Shown piece by piece: positions 62,419-64,000 of a stretch of DNA of 64,000 bases. The notes beneath the pieces are model-generated. The model ran no database searches and was not told the origin of the DNA. It worked only from the letters and a program-made list of their open reading frames with translations. A program made the translations under genes and the position numbers. Location of the stretch: positions 1,792,001-1,856,000 of the forward strand of contig CAWDFP010000006.1 in NCBI GenBank assembly GCA_963801605.1. The letters run 5' to 3'. The first letter of the stretch is position 1. The number at the start of each line of letters is the position of its first letter. Source of the DNA: an uncultured candidate division Zixibacteria bacterium (lineage in GTDB: Bacteria; Zixibacteria; MSB-5A5; UBA10806).

Positions 62419-62622
62419 ATGCCGAAAATCGAAGTAAATACAGCCAGATGCAAGGGTTGTGAACTTTGCATTCCGGCCTGTCCTAAGGATGTTATTGGAC
62501 TTTCGAAGACCTTTTCCTCTTCCGGATATTATCCGGCCACGATGGTCAAACCGGAGGCCTGCAACGGCTGCAAAAACTGCGCCCTTGTTTGCCCCGATGT
62601 CGCCATCACGGTATACAAATAG
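62419..62622 (+). CDS. 2[4Fe-4S] ferredoxin, delta subunit of 2-oxoacid:ferredoxin oxidoreductase
   Basis: CKGCELCIPACP, CNGCKNCALVCPD. Confidence 0.92.
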   Translation: MPKIEVNTARCKGCELCIPACPKDVIGLSKTFSSSGYYPATMVKPEACNGCKNCALVCPDVAITVYK

Positions 62623-62634
62623 GAAGGGTTGACG

Positions 62635-63726
62635 ATGGCTGAAAAATTATTCATGAAAGGCAACGAGGCTCTGGCCGAGGGTGCGGTTCGAGCCGGTTGC
62701 CGTTTTTTTGCGGGTTATCCGATCACCCCGCAAAATGAAGTACCTGAATATATGTCATGGAGAATGCCCGAGGTCGGCGGCACCTTCATACAGGCTGAAT
62801 CCGAGGTTTCCGCCATCAACATGCTCTATGGAGCATGCGGCGATGGGGAAAAGAGTAATGACATCATCGTCATCGCCGGGTATCAGCCTCAAGCAGGAGG
62901 GAATCTCGTACTGCGCTTCAGCGGAGCTTCCCGATCTTTTTCGCTAATGTTGTTCGCGGAGGCCCGGGCCTTGGCAATATCGCTCCCTCGCAGGGCGATT
63001 ATTTTCAATCAACCCGAGGCGGCGGGCATGGCGATTATCGCGTGATCGTACTGGCGCCCAAAAGCGTTTCAGAGATCGCTAATTTCCCCAGGCTTTGCTA
63101 TGATCTGGCCTTCAAGTATCGTATCCCGACCATGATTTTGGCCGATGGCATCATCGGCCAGATGATGGAGCCGCTGGAGTTCGATTTCGAACCGGTGGAT
63201 CCCAAATCATTCGGAGCTTCCCAAATGGGCGCTGCGAGGCAGCGGCGGTGCAGAAAGACGAAGAGTCAACTCTTATGATCTTCGCCCCAGCTATATGGAG
63301 AAGTGGAATTTCCGTCTCGAGGAAAAGTATAACCAGATCACCGCCAATGAAATCAGATTCGAAACCAAGAATATCGAAGACGCTGATATCGTTCTGGCAG
63401 CTTATGGCACATCCGCCAGAATCTGCGAAACAGCGTTAACTCTGGGCAGGCGCGAAGGTCTTAAGATAGGTTTGGTTCGTCCGATCACCGTCTGGCCGTT
63501 CCCGACTCAGGTTTATCGGGATCTGGCCAAGCGGGTCAAGAAATTCCTGGTAGTCGAAATGAGCCTTGGGCAGTTTGTCGAGGATGTCCAGCTTTCCGTT
63601 AACGGTAAAGCCGAGATTTATCTTCACAAACGTCCGGCAGGCGCAATTCCCACCGGCGAGGAAGTTTTGGATATCACCAAAAAGATCCTGTCCGGCGATC
63701 AATCCAAGCTTTTTGCAAGGCCGTAG
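62635..63726 (+). pseudogene. vorB: 2-oxoacid:ferredoxin oxidoreductase alpha subunit (VorB-type) with three +1 frameshifts (~62837, ~62931, ~63212), probably assembly errors
   Basis: GYPITPQ..QAESE / [14 protein letters not shown] / [23 protein letters not shown] / RPITVWPFP..VEMS.GQ spread over successive frames. Confidence 0.88.
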
Positions 63727-63735
63727 GGAGGAATA

Positions 63736-64000
63736 ATGGAAATAGTATTTTCACAAACGCCCGGTTTGACCGATGTACCGATGCGCTATTGCCCCGGTTG
63801 CGGTCATGGCGTGGTCCATCGCCTGGTGGCCGAGTCCTACACCGAGCTTGGAATGAAAGAGAAGACGATCGGCGTGGCGCCGGTTGGCTGCTCTGTTTTT
63901 GCCGATGAATATTTCAATGTCGATATGATCCAGGGCCCGCACGGCAGAGGACCTGCCATTGCCACCGGCATCAAACGCATTTCGCCGGAATCGCTGGTAT
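63736..64000 (+). CDS. 2-oxoacid:ferredoxin oxidoreductase beta subunit (TPP-binding), 3'-truncated by window edge
   Basis: RBS GGAGG; MEIVF..YCPGCGHG, APVGCS, HGRGPAIATGIK. Confidence 0.9.
   Translation, partial: MEIVFSQTPGLTDVPMRYCPGCGHGVVHRLVAESYTELGMKEKTIGVAPVGCSVFADEYFNVDMIQGPHGRGPAIATGIKRISPESLV

Noticed and set aside
62830..63220. Programmed ribosomal frameshifting in vorB or the other split genes
   Set aside because: No X XXY YYZ slippery heptamers or consistent stimulatory structures at the junctions; three shifts in one metabolic gene fit sequencing error better

Overview
Bacterial chromosomal window of moderate GC, gene-dense, with no phage, transposase or CRISPR array. It is probably from an FCB-superphylum diderm such as candidate phylum Zixibacteria; this is inferred from a 'LSQNYPNPFN' C-terminal sorting domain and the lolE/lolD, mcsA-mcsB-clpC and long secA content. 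Housekeeping genes: anmK-spoIID-nitrilase-comEA-PilM-like-rsmD-coaD-lysS-lolE-lolD, mcsA-mcsB-clpC, cyclophilin-dxr-rseP, fabL, tRNA-Leu(CAG), secA, dusB-larB-larC-etfA-Ni transporter and a 2-oxoacid:ferredoxin oxidoreductase operon. Accessory genes: an Nramp-like/MgtE-N metal locus, a DUF3857/transglutaminase-like pair, secreted proteins, a tungsten AOR operon, a sigma54 two-component system divergent from cusCBA, and an FHA/phosphoesterase/CHASE2-Ser/Thr kinase module. Most notable signals: (1) two ~140-nt intergenic elements with the same four-way-junction fold and shared arm motifs but unrelated closing stems; (2) a membrane-anchored MerB-fold protein lacking all catalytic Cys/Asp, in an operon with fabL, yhhQ and a WYL regulator; (3) a divergently transcribed Cas4/AddB-like Fe-S PD-(D/E)XK protein with substituted catalytic residues; (4) a four-Cys insertion in SecA NBD2; (5) an unannotated 39-aa membrane peptide after the Nramp/MgtE-N genes; (6) a possible Zn-binding bL38-like protein. 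Five genes carry single-base frameshifts that are most likely assembly errors. All family assignments come from reading motifs; no database searches were run.
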